DNA from: Chloroflexota bacterium
Lineage (GTDB): Bacteria; Chloroflexota; UBA11872; VXOZ01
Length of the DNA stretch: 64,000 nucleotides
Direction of reading: 5' to 3'
NCBI GenBank assembly: GCA_965221905.1
Contig: OZ244922.1
Coordinates: 704,001-768,000, forward strand
Shown: in pieces, positions 28,109 to 37,549 of the stretch
How positions within the stretch are numbered: position 1 is the first letter of the stretch
Layout of the letters: every line of letters begins with the position of its first letter
The notes under the pieces: model-generated
Seen by the model: the letters and a program-made list of their open reading frames with translations, nothing else
Databases searched by the model: none
What the model was told of the DNA's origin: nothing
Position numbers and translations under genes: made by a program

Positions 28109-30802
28109 ATGGCAATCAAGACATGGCCTGCAGAGGTGAACAGCGTCCGCAAAGCAACCGTGGTCCCTTTGGATGAAATAACGTTGCCGGAGAAGATCTT
28201 CATCGTGCCCGGCGCGCATCTGGATTTCGGCTGGTGCGCGGGGATCTCCGAGTGCCTCGCCTACGCCGACGAAATAATCAAAGGATCCATTGACGCCATC
28301 ACCGGGCCGGTGCCGGACTACCGCTTCACGGTCGAATACGCCGCGTTTCTGCGTCACTTCCTGGCGCGCTTCCCGGAGTACCTGCCTACGGTGAAGCAAC
28401 TTGTCAAAGAGCGCAAAATCGAGACGACCGCCGCTATGGTTGGTTACATGGAGGACGTGCTCGACGGCGAGATCATGGTGCGCGAGATCGTGCATGCCAA
28501 GCGCTTCGCCCGTGATGTGCTGGATTGCGACTTGCCCACGGCGCAGCATTCCGACCTTCCCGGCCACACACCGCAAATGCCGCAACTGCTGGCTAAAGCC
28601 GGCGTGAAGTATTTCTCGTACACGCGTTTTCGACCATATACGCCCGTCCACTGGTGGGAGGCCCCCGACGGTTCGCGGGTGCTGGCGGCCAATCATCTCA
28701 ACAACTACGGCTGGGCCTTCATCCTCACGAACCCGGAAATCGGTTGGCTACCCGATTACGAGGGTGATGAGCCTGAGTTGCAGTCGATATCGGAGGCGAT
28801 GCGCATTTGGCCGTTGCCCGTGCTGCTCATGATGGGACAGTCCGACCTGCGTCCGCCAATACCGGGAGATATCGTGCCCGCGGCAAAGAAACTCACCGAC
28901 GAAGGCAAGCTAAACTTCACCTTCTCCACTATCACCGATTTCTTCGAAGCCGCCGAGCGGACCGGCAAGCTGGACGACCTGCCGATCTACGGGGGCCATG
29001 CGCCGTATGCGTTCTACTGTATTCCGGCGTTTGCGCCGCGCGTCTACTTGGAAGCGCGCCATGCGGAGAATGCGCTGGCTGCGGCGGAGAAGCTCTCGGC
29101 CATCCGTGGACTCCTGGGCTTGGGCGCGTACCCACGGGCCGAGCTCGATCCCGCCTGGGAAGATCTTTATAACTGCCATGACCATAACGTTGGGGGCAGA
29201 CATGGAGAGCTCAACGACGACGTGCGCTACAAGACCGCTGTGCACGCCCGCATGATCGGCATGGAAACCGCGCGTGAGGCGAACGTACAGTTTGCCACCC
29301 ACGTGAATTACAATCCTCCAAGCGAGGAGGCGCGCACACTGCTTGTGAGCAACTCGCTCAACTGGGACCGCACGGACGTGGTGCAGGACTACATGGAGTT
29401 TGATGGCGACAACGTAACGGGTATCCGCATTACGGACGGTCAGGGCACCGAGATGCCGTGCCAGGTCATCAAGGCCCAAAACGCCGGCGACGACCGCGCC
29501 GACTTCGCGGGATTCGGCTACTCACGCGTGGACTTTGCGTTTTTGGCCAAGGACGTGCCTTCGCTTGGCTTCAAGACGTTCTATTTGGAGCCGAGGGTCG
29601 GCGCCAGCGACCAGAATACGCGGCGTGGAACGATGGAGCACGTAGTTGAGAACGACCACTTCCGCCTGGACGTAACCGGCGGCATGGTGAAGAGTTTGCA
29701 ATGGAAGCGGTCAGGTGGCGCTAGTGTTGAGCTCGCTGCGGAGGCCGACCATTACTTCAACGAGGTGGTGGTGCTCGAAGACCTGCGCTTCGACCTGGAA
29801 GATTCTCAGGACGAGCAAGCAATGAAAGGCACGCACACCGACGAGGCACTGGCGCTGCAGGCGAGCGGCGAAGACTGGCTGGCGGGCACGAACTTTACCG
29901 GCCGGGAATGGCGGGCCAGCGACGGCCCCACGCAGGTGCAGTGGGTGGAGCGCGGGCCGCTCTGGACAACCGTCTGCCTGCGCAGCCATGTGCTCGGCGC
30001 GCCGATTGTGCAGGAGATCCGGCTGCATAACCAGGAACCGCGCGTGGACCTGATCACCACCATCGACTGGAACGGAACGAAGAATACGCAGTTGCGCATT
30101 GCCCTGCCCTACAACGTGCCGGAGGGCGAGGTCACGTATGAAGTGCCGTTTGCAAACGTGGTCTTTGGCAAGGATGAAATACCGAACACCTATCGCGGCG
30201 ACGGCTCGCGCTGGGTGCAGAAGTGGCTGGATGTTTCCAACGGGGACTACGGCATTACGCAGGGCACCAGCAACTGTGTGCACGCCATCAAGGGTACATC
30301 CGTCTACCCAACGCTGCTTCGCACGGCCTACTCCTGCGGCACGCCGTTCTTCGAATACCCGAACACCGGCGTGCATACCTACCACGCCACCCTCGTACCG
30401 CACGAAGGCGATTGGCGTTCAGCCGGCGCGGAGCGGGTTGGCTGGCAGCACTGGAATCCGTTACAGACCTCTAAGCTGGCAACAGCGGCTCCGATGCAGC
30501 CGTTTGCAGGCAACACGTTCCTCAACGACCAGGAGAGCTTCGTGCGCACAGACGCGCCGAACGTAGTAATCACCACCATCCAGGAGCATCCCGATCGACC
30601 CGGGAACTGGATGCTGCGTCTCTTCGAGGCACATGGCGAGGATACGACGGTTAACCTGCAACTTCCCCGCGACGTGGAATCGGCCTGGGTCACTAATCTC
30701 ATGGGGGATCTGGAGACTGAGCTTGCGGTCTCCGGCAATACGGTCACGGTGCCGTTGGATGCCTACGGGATTGAAACTGTCGCCATTGCCTTTGCAACGT
30801 AG
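28109..30802 (+). CDS. Glycoside hydrolase family 38 (alpha-mannosidase-like), copy 1
   Basis: HLDFGW zinc motif, DLPGH nucleophile, CHDH, C-terminal LRLFEAHG. ATG 28109 follows GGAGGAG. Confidence 0.88.
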   Translation: MAIKTWPAEVNSVRKATVVPLDEITLPEKIFIVPGAHLDFGWCAGISECLAYADEIIKGSIDAITGPVPDYRFTVEYAAFLRHFLARFPEYLPTVKQLVKERKIETTAAMVGYMEDVLDGEIMVREIVHAKRFARDVLDCDLPTAQHSDLPGHTPQMPQLLAKAGVKYFSYTRFRPYTPVHWWEAPDGSRVLAANHLNNYGWAFILTNPEIGWLPDYEGDEPELQSISEAMRIWPLPVLLMMGQSDLRPPIPGDIVPAAKKLTDEGKLNFTFSTITDFFEAAERTGKLDDLPIYGGHAPYAFYCIPAFAPRVYLEARHAENALAAAEKLSAIRGLLGLGAYPRAELDPAWEDLYNCHDHNVGGRHGELNDDVRYKTAVHARMIGMETAREANVQFATHVNYNPPSEEARTLLVSNSLNWDRTDVVQDYMEFDGDNVTGIRITDGQGTEMPCQVIKAQNAGDDRADFAGFGYSRVDFAFLAKDVPSLGFKTFYLEPRVGASDQNTRRGTMEHVVENDHFRLDVTGGMVKSLQWKRSGGASVELAAEADHYFNEVVVLEDLRFDLEDSQDEQAMKGTHTDEALALQASGEDWLAGTNFTGREWRASDGPTQVQWVERGPLWTTVCLRSHVLGAPIVQEIRLHNQEPRVDLITTIDWNGTKNTQLRIALPYNVPEGEVTYEVPFANVVFGKDEIPNTYRGDGSRWVQKWLDVSNGDYGITQGTSNCVHAIKGTSVYPTLLRTAYSCGTPFFEYPNTGVHTYHATLVPHEGDWRSAGAERVGWQHWNPLQTSKLATAAPMQPFAGNTFLNDQESFVRTDAPNVVITTIQEHPDRPGNWMLRLFEAHGEDTTVNLQLPRDVESAWVTNLMGDLETELAVSGNTVTVPLDAYGIETVAIAFAT

Positions 30803-30842
30803 AGGCCTAGGTTGCTGCCATTAACATAGGATTTTGGGGCAG

Positions 30843-30876
30843 GAATGAGGGGGCGCAAAACTGCGCCCCCTCATTC
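30843..30876 (+). terminator. Stem-loop terminator after GH38 copy 1
   Basis: Perfect 15-bp stem GAATGAGGGGGCGCA / TGCGCCCCCTCATTC; weak U-tract. Confidence 0.7.
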
Positions 30877-30884
30877 TGTTGTAT

Positions 30885-31258
30885 ACGCCCTGGACGAATT
30901 CCGTGGCGCGGCAGTTCGCGGAGCGTGCCGATGATCCCGACTTCATCCGCTTTCTTGTACTGGTAGCGAGAGACGGCGAAAAGATACCGGCAAGGTACGG
31001 ATTCTACGAGAGCTTGTAATCCGCCAGGCCGGTCCTCGGCATTGCGGTGGCTGACACGTACCATGAGTTGGGGATCGGGCAGGCGATCATGCAACACTTG
31101 ATATAGGTTGCGTGTCAATTAGGAAAAAGGCGTATCATACGTGCAGTAGACCGCGATGACGTGCGGGCGCAGCACGTCTGCGCGAAGATGGGCTTTACGC
31201 GGACGCGGCTAATTCCGGGAAGTTCGCATAACGCCGCGAGATGGAGTGCATACCGTAA
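30885..31258 (+). pseudogene. Degraded, 5'-truncated copy of the GNAT gene
   Basis: Aligns to 27532-27906, with in-frame TAA (31017) and TAG (31104) and a 1-bp deletion near 31234. Confidence 0.9.
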
Positions 31259-31375
31259 CTGGAATGTTGACGCCCACCAACGGTAGCACAGTGCTGAGTC
31301 TGGATTCCGGCTTTCGCCGGAATGACGGATTCATGGAGTGTGTCCTTTAGTGCAGCGAGAGGAGCGATAGGTCTC

Positions 31376-34069
31376 ATGGCGATCAAGACATGGCCTGCGG
31401 AGGTCAACAGCGTGCGAACGGCGACGGTGCTATCTCCGGATGAAGTGCAGTTGCCGGAGGAGATATTCATCGTGCCCGGCGCGCATCTGGACTTTGGCTG
31501 GTGTGCGGGGATCTCCGAGTGTCTCGCCTACGCCGATGAACTCATCAAAGGAGCCATCGACACCATCACCGGCCCTGAGCCGGACTACCGGTTTACGGTC
31601 GAATACGCCGCGTTTCTGCGCCACTTCGTCACGCGTTTCCCGGAGTACCTGCCCACGGTGAAGCAGCTTGTTAAGGAGCGCAAGCTCGAGACCACCGCCG
31701 CCATGGTGGGTTACATGGAGGATGTGCTGGATGGGGAGATCATGGTGCGCGAGATCGTGCACGCCAAGCGGTTCGCCCGCGACGTGCTGGACTGCGACTT
31801 GCCCACGGCGCAGCACTCCGACCTCCCCGGCCACACGCCGCAGATGCCCCAGTTGCTCGCCAAAGCCGGGGTGAAATACTTCTCCTACTCGCGGTTTCGG
31901 CCGTTTTGCCCGGTGCATTGGTGGGAGGCGCCGGACGGTTCGCGGGTGCTGGCGGCAAATCATGTTCATAACTACGGCTGGGCCTTCATGCTCACCCACT
32001 CTAATATGGCCTGGCTGCCCGATTACGAAGGCGATGATCCTGAAATGCAATCTGTTTCGCAGGCGATGCGTCTCTGGCCGCTGCCTGTACTGCTCATGAT
32101 GGGGCAGTCCGACCTGCGGCCGCCGGTACCGGAAGACCTGGTTGCCAGGGCAAAGAAGCTGACCGAAGAAGGCAAGCTGAACTTCACCTTCTCCACCATC
32201 ACCGATTTCTTCGAAGCCGCCGAGCGGACCGGCAAGCTGGACGACCTGCCCGTTTACGGCGGTCACGCGCCGTATGGATTCTATTGCATACCGGGGTTTG
32301 CGCCGCGCATCTATCTGGAGGCCCGCCATGCCGAAAACGCTCTGGCGAGCGCGGAGAAACTCTCCGCCATCCGCGCATTGGTAGGTCTAGGCGCGTACCC
32401 GCGCGCTGAAATCGATCCCGCCTGGGAGGATCTCTACAACTGCCACGACCATAACGTGGGCGGCCGCCATGGCGAGCTCAACGACGACGTGCGCTACAAG
32501 ACCGCCGTGCACGCCCGCATGATCGGCATGGAGATTGCCCGGGAAGCGAACGTGCAGTTTGCCACCCACGTCAACTACACGCCGCCCAGCGACGAGGCGC
32601 GCACGCTGCTGGTGAGCAACTCGCTCAACTGGGACCGCACCGACGTGGTGCAGGACTACATGGAGTTTGGCGGTGACAACGTCACGGGCATTCGGATCAC
32701 TGACGGGCAGGGCAACGAGATGCCGTGTCAGGTCATAAAGGCCCAGAACGCTAGTGAAGACCGCGCCGACAATGCGCGCGTCCGCCGCTCCCGTGTGGAC
32801 TTTGCGTTCTTGGCGAAGGACGTGCCGTCGCTTGGTTTCAAGACGTTCTATTTGGAGCCGAGGGTCGGCGCCAGCGACCAGAATACGCGGCGTGGAACGA
32901 TGGAGCACGTGGTGGAGAACGACCACTTCCGTCTGGACGTTACCAACGGCATGGTGAAGAGTTTGCAGTGGAAGCGGCCGGACGGTTCCAGCGTTGAGCT
33001 TGCCGCCGAGGCCGACCACTACTTCAACGAGGTGGTGGTGCTTGAAGATCTGCGCACGGACCTGGAAGACGCCCGGGACGAGCAAGCAATGAAAGCCGGG
33101 TATTCTGATGAGGCGCTGGCGCTGCAAGCGAGCGGCGAGAACTGGCTCTCGGGCGCCAATTTCACCGGCAGGGAATGGCGGGCCAGCGACGGCCCCACGC
33201 AGGCGCAGTGGGTTGAGCACGGGCCTATCTGGACTACGATCTGCCTGCGCAGCCATGTGCTCGGCGCGCCGATTGTGCAGAAATTACGGCTTCACAATCT
33301 TGAACCACGGGTTGACCTTATTACTTCCATCGACTGGAACGGCACGAAGAATACGCAGTTGCGAATTGCCCTGCCCTGCAACGTGCCGGAGGGCGAGGTG
33401 ACGTATGAAGTGCCGTTTGGCAACGTGGTCTTTGGCAAGGATGAGATGCCAAACACCTACCGCGGAGACGGCGCCCGCTGGGTGCAGAAGTGGCTGGATG
33501 TTTCGAATGAGGACTACGGTGTAACGCTGGGCACGAGCAACTGTGTGCACGCTATTCACGGTACGACGATCTACCCGACGCCGCTCCGCACGGCCTACTC
33601 CTGCGGCACGCCGTTCTTTGAATACCCAAACACCGGTGTGCATACCTTTCACGCGACACTGGTGCCGCATGACGGCGACTGGCGTGCGGCGAGTGCGGAG
33701 CGCGTGGGCTGGCAGCACTGGAATCCGCTGCAGACCTCCAAGCTGGCCACTGCCACGCCAATGCAGCCGTTTGCGGGCAACACGTTCCTCAACGACCAGG
33801 AGAGCTTCGTGCGCACGGACGCGCCGAACGCGGTCATCACCACCATCCAGGAGCATCCCGATCGCCCCGGCAACTGGCTGCTGCGTCTCTTCGAGGCCCA
33901 CGGCGAGGATGCCACGGTATCGCTACAACTCCCGCGCGCGGTAGAGGCCGCCTGGGTCACCAATCTCATGGGCGATCTAGGCAAAGAGCTTGCGGTCTCC
34001 GGCAGTACGGTCACGGTGCCGTTGGATGCCTATGGAATTGAAACTGTCGCCATTGCCTTTGCAACGTAA
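31376..34069 (+). CDS. Glycoside hydrolase family 38, copy 2
   Basis: Colinear, highly similar paralogue of 28109-30802 with the same MAIKTWPAEVNSVR start and ETVAIAFAT end. Confidence 0.88.
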   Translation: MAIKTWPAEVNSVRTATVLSPDEVQLPEEIFIVPGAHLDFGWCAGISECLAYADELIKGAIDTITGPEPDYRFTVEYAAFLRHFVTRFPEYLPTVKQLVKERKLETTAAMVGYMEDVLDGEIMVREIVHAKRFARDVLDCDLPTAQHSDLPGHTPQMPQLLAKAGVKYFSYSRFRPFCPVHWWEAPDGSRVLAANHVHNYGWAFMLTHSNMAWLPDYEGDDPEMQSVSQAMRLWPLPVLLMMGQSDLRPPVPEDLVARAKKLTEEGKLNFTFSTITDFFEAAERTGKLDDLPVYGGHAPYGFYCIPGFAPRIYLEARHAENALASAEKLSAIRALVGLGAYPRAEIDPAWEDLYNCHDHNVGGRHGELNDDVRYKTAVHARMIGMEIAREANVQFATHVNYTPPSDEARTLLVSNSLNWDRTDVVQDYMEFGGDNVTGIRITDGQGNEMPCQVIKAQNASEDRADNARVRRSRVDFAFLAKDVPSLGFKTFYLEPRVGASDQNTRRGTMEHVVENDHFRLDVTNGMVKSLQWKRPDGSSVELAAEADHYFNEVVVLEDLRTDLEDARDEQAMKAGYSDEALALQASGENWLSGANFTGREWRASDGPTQAQWVEHGPIWTTICLRSHVLGAPIVQKLRLHNLEPRVDLITSIDWNGTKNTQLRIALPCNVPEGEVTYEVPFGNVVFGKDEMPNTYRGDGARWVQKWLDVSNEDYGVTLGTSNCVHAIHGTTIYPTPLRTAYSCGTPFFEYPNTGVHTFHATLVPHDGDWRAASAERVGWQHWNPLQTSKLATATPMQPFAGNTFLNDQESFVRTDAPNAVITTIQEHPDRPGNWLLRLFEAHGEDATVSLQLPRAVEAAWVTNLMGDLGKELAVSGSTVTVPLDAYGIETVAIAFAT

Positions 34070-34106
34070 AGGCGTAGATTGCTGCCATTAACATAGGACT
34101 TGAGGC

Positions 34107-34144
34107 AGGAATGAGGGAGCGCAGTCTTGCGCCCCCTCATTCCT
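34107..34144 (+). terminator. Stem-loop after GH38 copy 2
   Basis: Homologue of the 30843 hairpin (AGGAATGAGGGAGCGCA / TGCGCCCCCTCATTCCT). Confidence 0.65.
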
Positions 34145-34329
34145 CATGTGTCCCTATTTCTGGACGACAGTTACCGTAACTACACCCATTGAAACTGTAC
34201 GAAAAGCTCTTTGCCTATCGCCGTTCATGGTTCAGCCCAAGGACAAGCTCAGGTTAGGCACTGATTTGGCGTCTTTGATGAAGTTAGCTAAGGTACCTCA
34301 TCTCGAAGCAAAGAAGCAACTTCAGTCAA

Positions 34330-34394
34330 GAGTGTCAGTATCCGTGTACCCTTCGACCCTTCGGCAGGTTCAGGGCGAACGGATACTGACACTC
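34330..34394. repeat. Hairpin with perfect 16-bp inverted arms enclosing a REP-like core
   Basis: GAGTGTCAGTATCCGT (34330-34345) and ACGGATACTGACACTC (34379-34394). Confidence 0.8.
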
Positions 34395-34419
34395 GCCCTC
34401 TGAGCGTTCCGGGACGGGT

Positions 34420-34750
34420 TGCAGTCGGAATGGTTGGAAGCGCGGGTAGGTAAGCGTGCGCCATAGCCATTCCACCGGCCCGAACTGAAAATGCCGCAGC
34501 CACCATACGCTCAACTGTATCTGGACGCCAAAGATGGCAACCGTAATTAGGAGGCCGAGCGCGGGCCCCACCTGTCCGAAGAGGCCGAAACCATAGCCGT
34601 AGAAGAGTGTGGTCGCGACAAGTGACTGCAACAAATAGTTGCTCAAGGCCATGCGCCCGACCGCAGCCAGCGGGCGCAGACGCGCTAGCCAGGCCTCGTT
34701 CTGCAACAGCAGCGTCAGCGCGGCGATGTAACTCTGCGCAAGTGGGACTC
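34420..34750 (-). pseudogene. C-terminal remnant of a DUF418 (YeiB-like) membrane protein
   Basis: AVGRMALSNYLLQS and WLRHFQFGPVEWLWRTLTY motifs; the N-terminal two-thirds is missing. Boundaries approximate. Confidence 0.75.
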
Positions 34751-34991
34751 CTGCGACCTGGGCGTCTTGGGAGTTAGCGTATAGTAGGGTGTGATGACGC
34801 TTCTTGTTTCTACGAGCTAACGAGGTTCCTAAAATGTAAGCACGTGCTACCACAGACGGCGCGCCGGCGAACTATGACGGCCAAAAGGCGTACCGATTGC
34901 CGGCAATTACCGAGGGCGCTGGTGCGAGCATAGACGAGAATCTTGAATAAAATGTGAATGCCGGCCAAACAAGACTGAGGAGTTTATTGAA

Positions 34992-35294
34992 ATGGAGATA
35001 GAAGTCAAGCCGCGCGCGGTGCCGAAGGAAGTCGATTCGCTGCTAAAGGGCCTTGCCGCAGACCTGCCCCCGGCGGCAGCGGCCATGATGCTGTCGAATA
35101 TTGCTAATCGTGCGACTGCCGTGCTCCATAAGCTGGCGCGCGAGCAAGGCAAAGCGAACAAGGGCCAACCCAACTGGGGCCGCTGGGCCAGTCTGACCAA
35201 CGTCTCCCGTGACGCTGTGCTGCGCACGGCCACCTGCCGCGACACCACAACGCAACTGTACCAACAGGAGACTGCGGAAGACGCCGCCGAGTGA
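34992..35294 (+). CDS. Hypothetical 100-aa helical protein
   Basis: GAGGAG RBS, high-GC codon usage, natural-looking composition. Confidence 0.7.
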   Translation: MEIEVKPRAVPKEVDSLLKGLAADLPPAAAAMMLSNIANRATAVLHKLAREQGKANKGQPNWGRWASLTNVSRDAVLRTATCRDTTTQLYQQETAEDAAE

Positions 35295-35382
35295 GCCGGG
35301 TGCAGGATAAGGTCTTGCAGACGACAGGCGCTGAATGACCAACGGTTGGGACTGATCTCCTGCTTGGCGCAAAGCGTCCATG

Positions 35383-35670
35383 CCGTTCGCCCTGAGCTTG
35401 GTCAAGGGGTGAACGTACAGGAGAAACTCACTGGCGGGAGTGAAGTCTTCCCCGGCCATGCTTCGGCCCTTCGTCAAGCTCAGGACAGGCAAGCTCAGCA
35501 CTAACGAGAAAGGAGCAAGCGGGGAACGAAGCACACTGACACTCTCCTGAGCGCACAGCGCTCTCGCTTCGATAGGCTCAATACGAACGGAAGAGGAGCA
35601 GCGGGGAGCGAAGCAAACTGATACTCTCCTGAGCGCATGGCACTCTCGCTTCGACAGGCTCAAGGCAGGC
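35383..35670. repeat. REP cluster containing an 82-bp-period direct repeat
   Basis: ACTCTCCTGAGCGCA at 35541 and 35623, each followed by CTCTCGCTTCGA-AGGCTCA. Confidence 0.75.
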
Positions 35671-35842
35671 AGGCTAGCGCGACCGAAGCAGGGACGATGA
35701 CCGCATTCAATTGGCGCTCTAGTGCATGAGCATTGCCGTAGGAAGTGTGCATAATCGGCCACTAAATCGCACCCGTACTGCCGCGTGCTCGGGGGTTTCT
35801 TGCAGATCTTCTCGCATGCGGCAGGCATCGTAATCCAGAAGT

Positions 35843-35851
35843 TGGTATAAT
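35843..35851 (+). promoter_or_regulatory. Extended -10 promoter of rpsT
   Basis: Perfect TGnTATAAT about 60 bp upstream of the rpsT start. Confidence 0.65.
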
Positions 35852-35913
35852 GGGCGAAATGAGCGTAATATGTCGTCACGACATGGTAAAGAGAGCCGAG
35901 GAGACACGAGAAA

Positions 35914-36189
35914 TTGCCCAAGAAACGTGCCGATCCCAAGCGCGCCCGTCGTCAGGAGCAGCGGCGCTTGCGTAACCGTTCCGTGCGCACCAGCTTGAAG
36001 ACCCTTAACCGGAAAGCATCGGATGCAATTGAAGAGGGTGATCAAGAAAACGCGCAGGAGGCCGTATTGCTGGCTTGCGCCCGCTACGACCGCGCCGCCC
36101 GCAAGGGTGTGATTCACACCAACAACGCTGCCAGGCATAAATCGCAGCTTGCGCGCAGGTTTAACCAGGCGTTTAGCACAGCCGGCTAG
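35914..36189 (+). CDS. rpsT: 30S ribosomal protein S20
   Basis: KRARRQEQRRLRNRSVRTSLKT and DRAARKGVIHTNNAARHKSQL; TTG start. Confidence 0.95.
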   Translation: MPKKRADPKRARRQEQRRLRNRSVRTSLKTLNRKASDAIEEGDQENAQEAVLLACARYDRAARKGVIHTNNAARHKSQLARRFNQAFSTAG

Positions 36190-36229
36190 AGTTAACCGCG
36201 CTGCTTCAAGACCAAGTAAGAATCTTCTG

Positions 36230-36272
36230 CCTCGCGCCTACCGCTTGACGGGAAGCGCGAGGTTCGGTTTTT
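36230..36272 (+). terminator. Intrinsic terminator between convergent rpsT and holA
   Basis: CCTCGCGC...GCGCGAGG stem followed by TTCGGTTTTT. Confidence 0.65.
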
Positions 36273-36337
36273 CTATGCGATCATTTAGATAGCTACCGGA
36301 ATCACGCCGGCTAGAATGTGCCTTGTCGGCGCGATTG

Positions 36338-37312
36338 CTAGCGTTTGCTGGCGATGGAGCACAACCCAATCACGAGCAGGTCCAGCGCGGTGGCCGGATC
36401 AAGCTTGCTGCGCTTGATAGCAAAGTCGGTGCGCGCGACGTGGGCGTGGATCGCTGCCAACTGGTCGACGCTGAAGCGACGCGCTTGGGAGATGACGCGG
36501 TTGACCGCTCGCGGCGGCGCCCGCGTGAGGCCGATGGCGCGCGCCACCTCATTAGGCGCCTGCTCGGTGCGCAAAGCGTGTTTGGCCCGGAGAACGAGGC
36601 GGAATTGGCGGGCAATCATCACCAGCACGTAACCGGGTTCCTGGTTCGGCAGATCGTGGAGGAGCGCCAACGCTTGCCGTCGTCTGCCGTCGGCTACCGC
36701 GTCCGCAAAGGCAAAGATGTTCGATTCCCGCGACTGCGGCACCAGCAGATGAACGTCTTCTTCGCTGATCGTGCCCGTGCGGTTTCGGTAGAGCGCTAGC
36801 TTGGCAAGCTCTTGCTCAATGGTGTCCCGGTCGGGCAGCACTGCTGCCAGGTGCTCCGCCGCACGGTGGTTAATGCTGCAGCCGAACCGGGGCGCGTTTG
36901 CTTCGATCCAGGAAACCTGCGGCGCTCCTCTGCGTTGGTCGGCAGTATCTACCGTTGCCTGCGGAAGCTCCCGCAGCGCCTTGGTGAGCGCGGTGGTCTC
37001 TCTCCCACGGGGCAAGGCATTATCCACCAGTACCAGGGCGCAGTGGTCAGGGACATGCGGTAAGTACGCGAGTAGCCCGTCGCGCAACGGCTTCTCCTTG
37101 AGGCAACGGCTCAAGAGGCCGCGCACGTTGACGAGCTTCGCGCCACCCATGAACGGCCAGGTGTCGCAGTGCACCTGCAGGGCCTCCATGTCGATGACAT
37201 CGCCATCCAAGACCACGCGATTGAGGTCGGCGATAGCCCCTATATCCGCCGCGAGCTTCGCGACTGCCTCCTGGATGGTGCCTTTGCTGTGTCCGATGTA
37301 ACAGCGGATCAT
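36338..37312 (-). CDS. holA: DNA polymerase III delta subunit
   Basis: TWPFMGGAKLV, EQELAKLALY, NIFAFADAV, DFAIKRS; typical holA-rpsT convergent synteny. Confidence 0.85.
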   Translation of the reverse strand: MIRCYIGHSKGTIQEAVAKLAADIGAIADLNRVVLDGDVIDMEALQVHCDTWPFMGGAKLVNVRGLLSRCLKEKPLRDGLLAYLPHVPDHCALVLVDNALPRGRETTALTKALRELPQATVDTADQRRGAPQVSWIEANAPRFGCSINHRAAEHLAAVLPDRDTIEQELAKLALYRNRTGTISEEDVHLLVPQSRESNIFAFADAVADGRRRQALALLHDLPNQEPGYVLVMIARQFRLVLRAKHALRTEQAPNEVARAIGLTRAPPRAVNRVISQARRFSVDQLAAIHAHVARTDFAIKRSKLDPATALDLLVIGLCSIASKR

Positions 37313-37549
37313 CGCTGTGCCCTTCTCGATGAATGCCTATCTGGGGACAGGCCTGTGCCTGAGTCCGTTACGTTGCGTCGAATCTTCATGTCGTTCCGAG
37401 CGCAGCGGCGAACCAGAGTTCGAGAAATCTAGAGCGTGAGATGTAAGATCTTCCGCCGCGGAGTTTATCCTGAGCCTGCCGAAGGGCTCCTCAGAGAATG
37501 ACAGGTCGAGCAGCCACACTTTACTTGCGCCTGCCTTCTGTTCCACGTT

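Noticed and set aside
34775-34855. Purine-riboswitch-like words (CGTATA, GTTTCTAC, CCTAAAAT, CTAC)
   Set aside because: P1 has only about 3 bp, the L2 GG needed for the kissing loop is missing and P3 is too long. An Infernal search with the purine model would settle it.
35383-35670. CRISPR-like periodic repeats
   Set aside because: Only two units with near-identical spacers, the repeats are REP-family members, and there are no cas genes.
35043-35939. 298-aa minus-strand ORF and similar intergenic ORFs
   Set aside because: Largely built from translated repeats (LSLSK, VLSLTKG) and overlaps better-supported genes.
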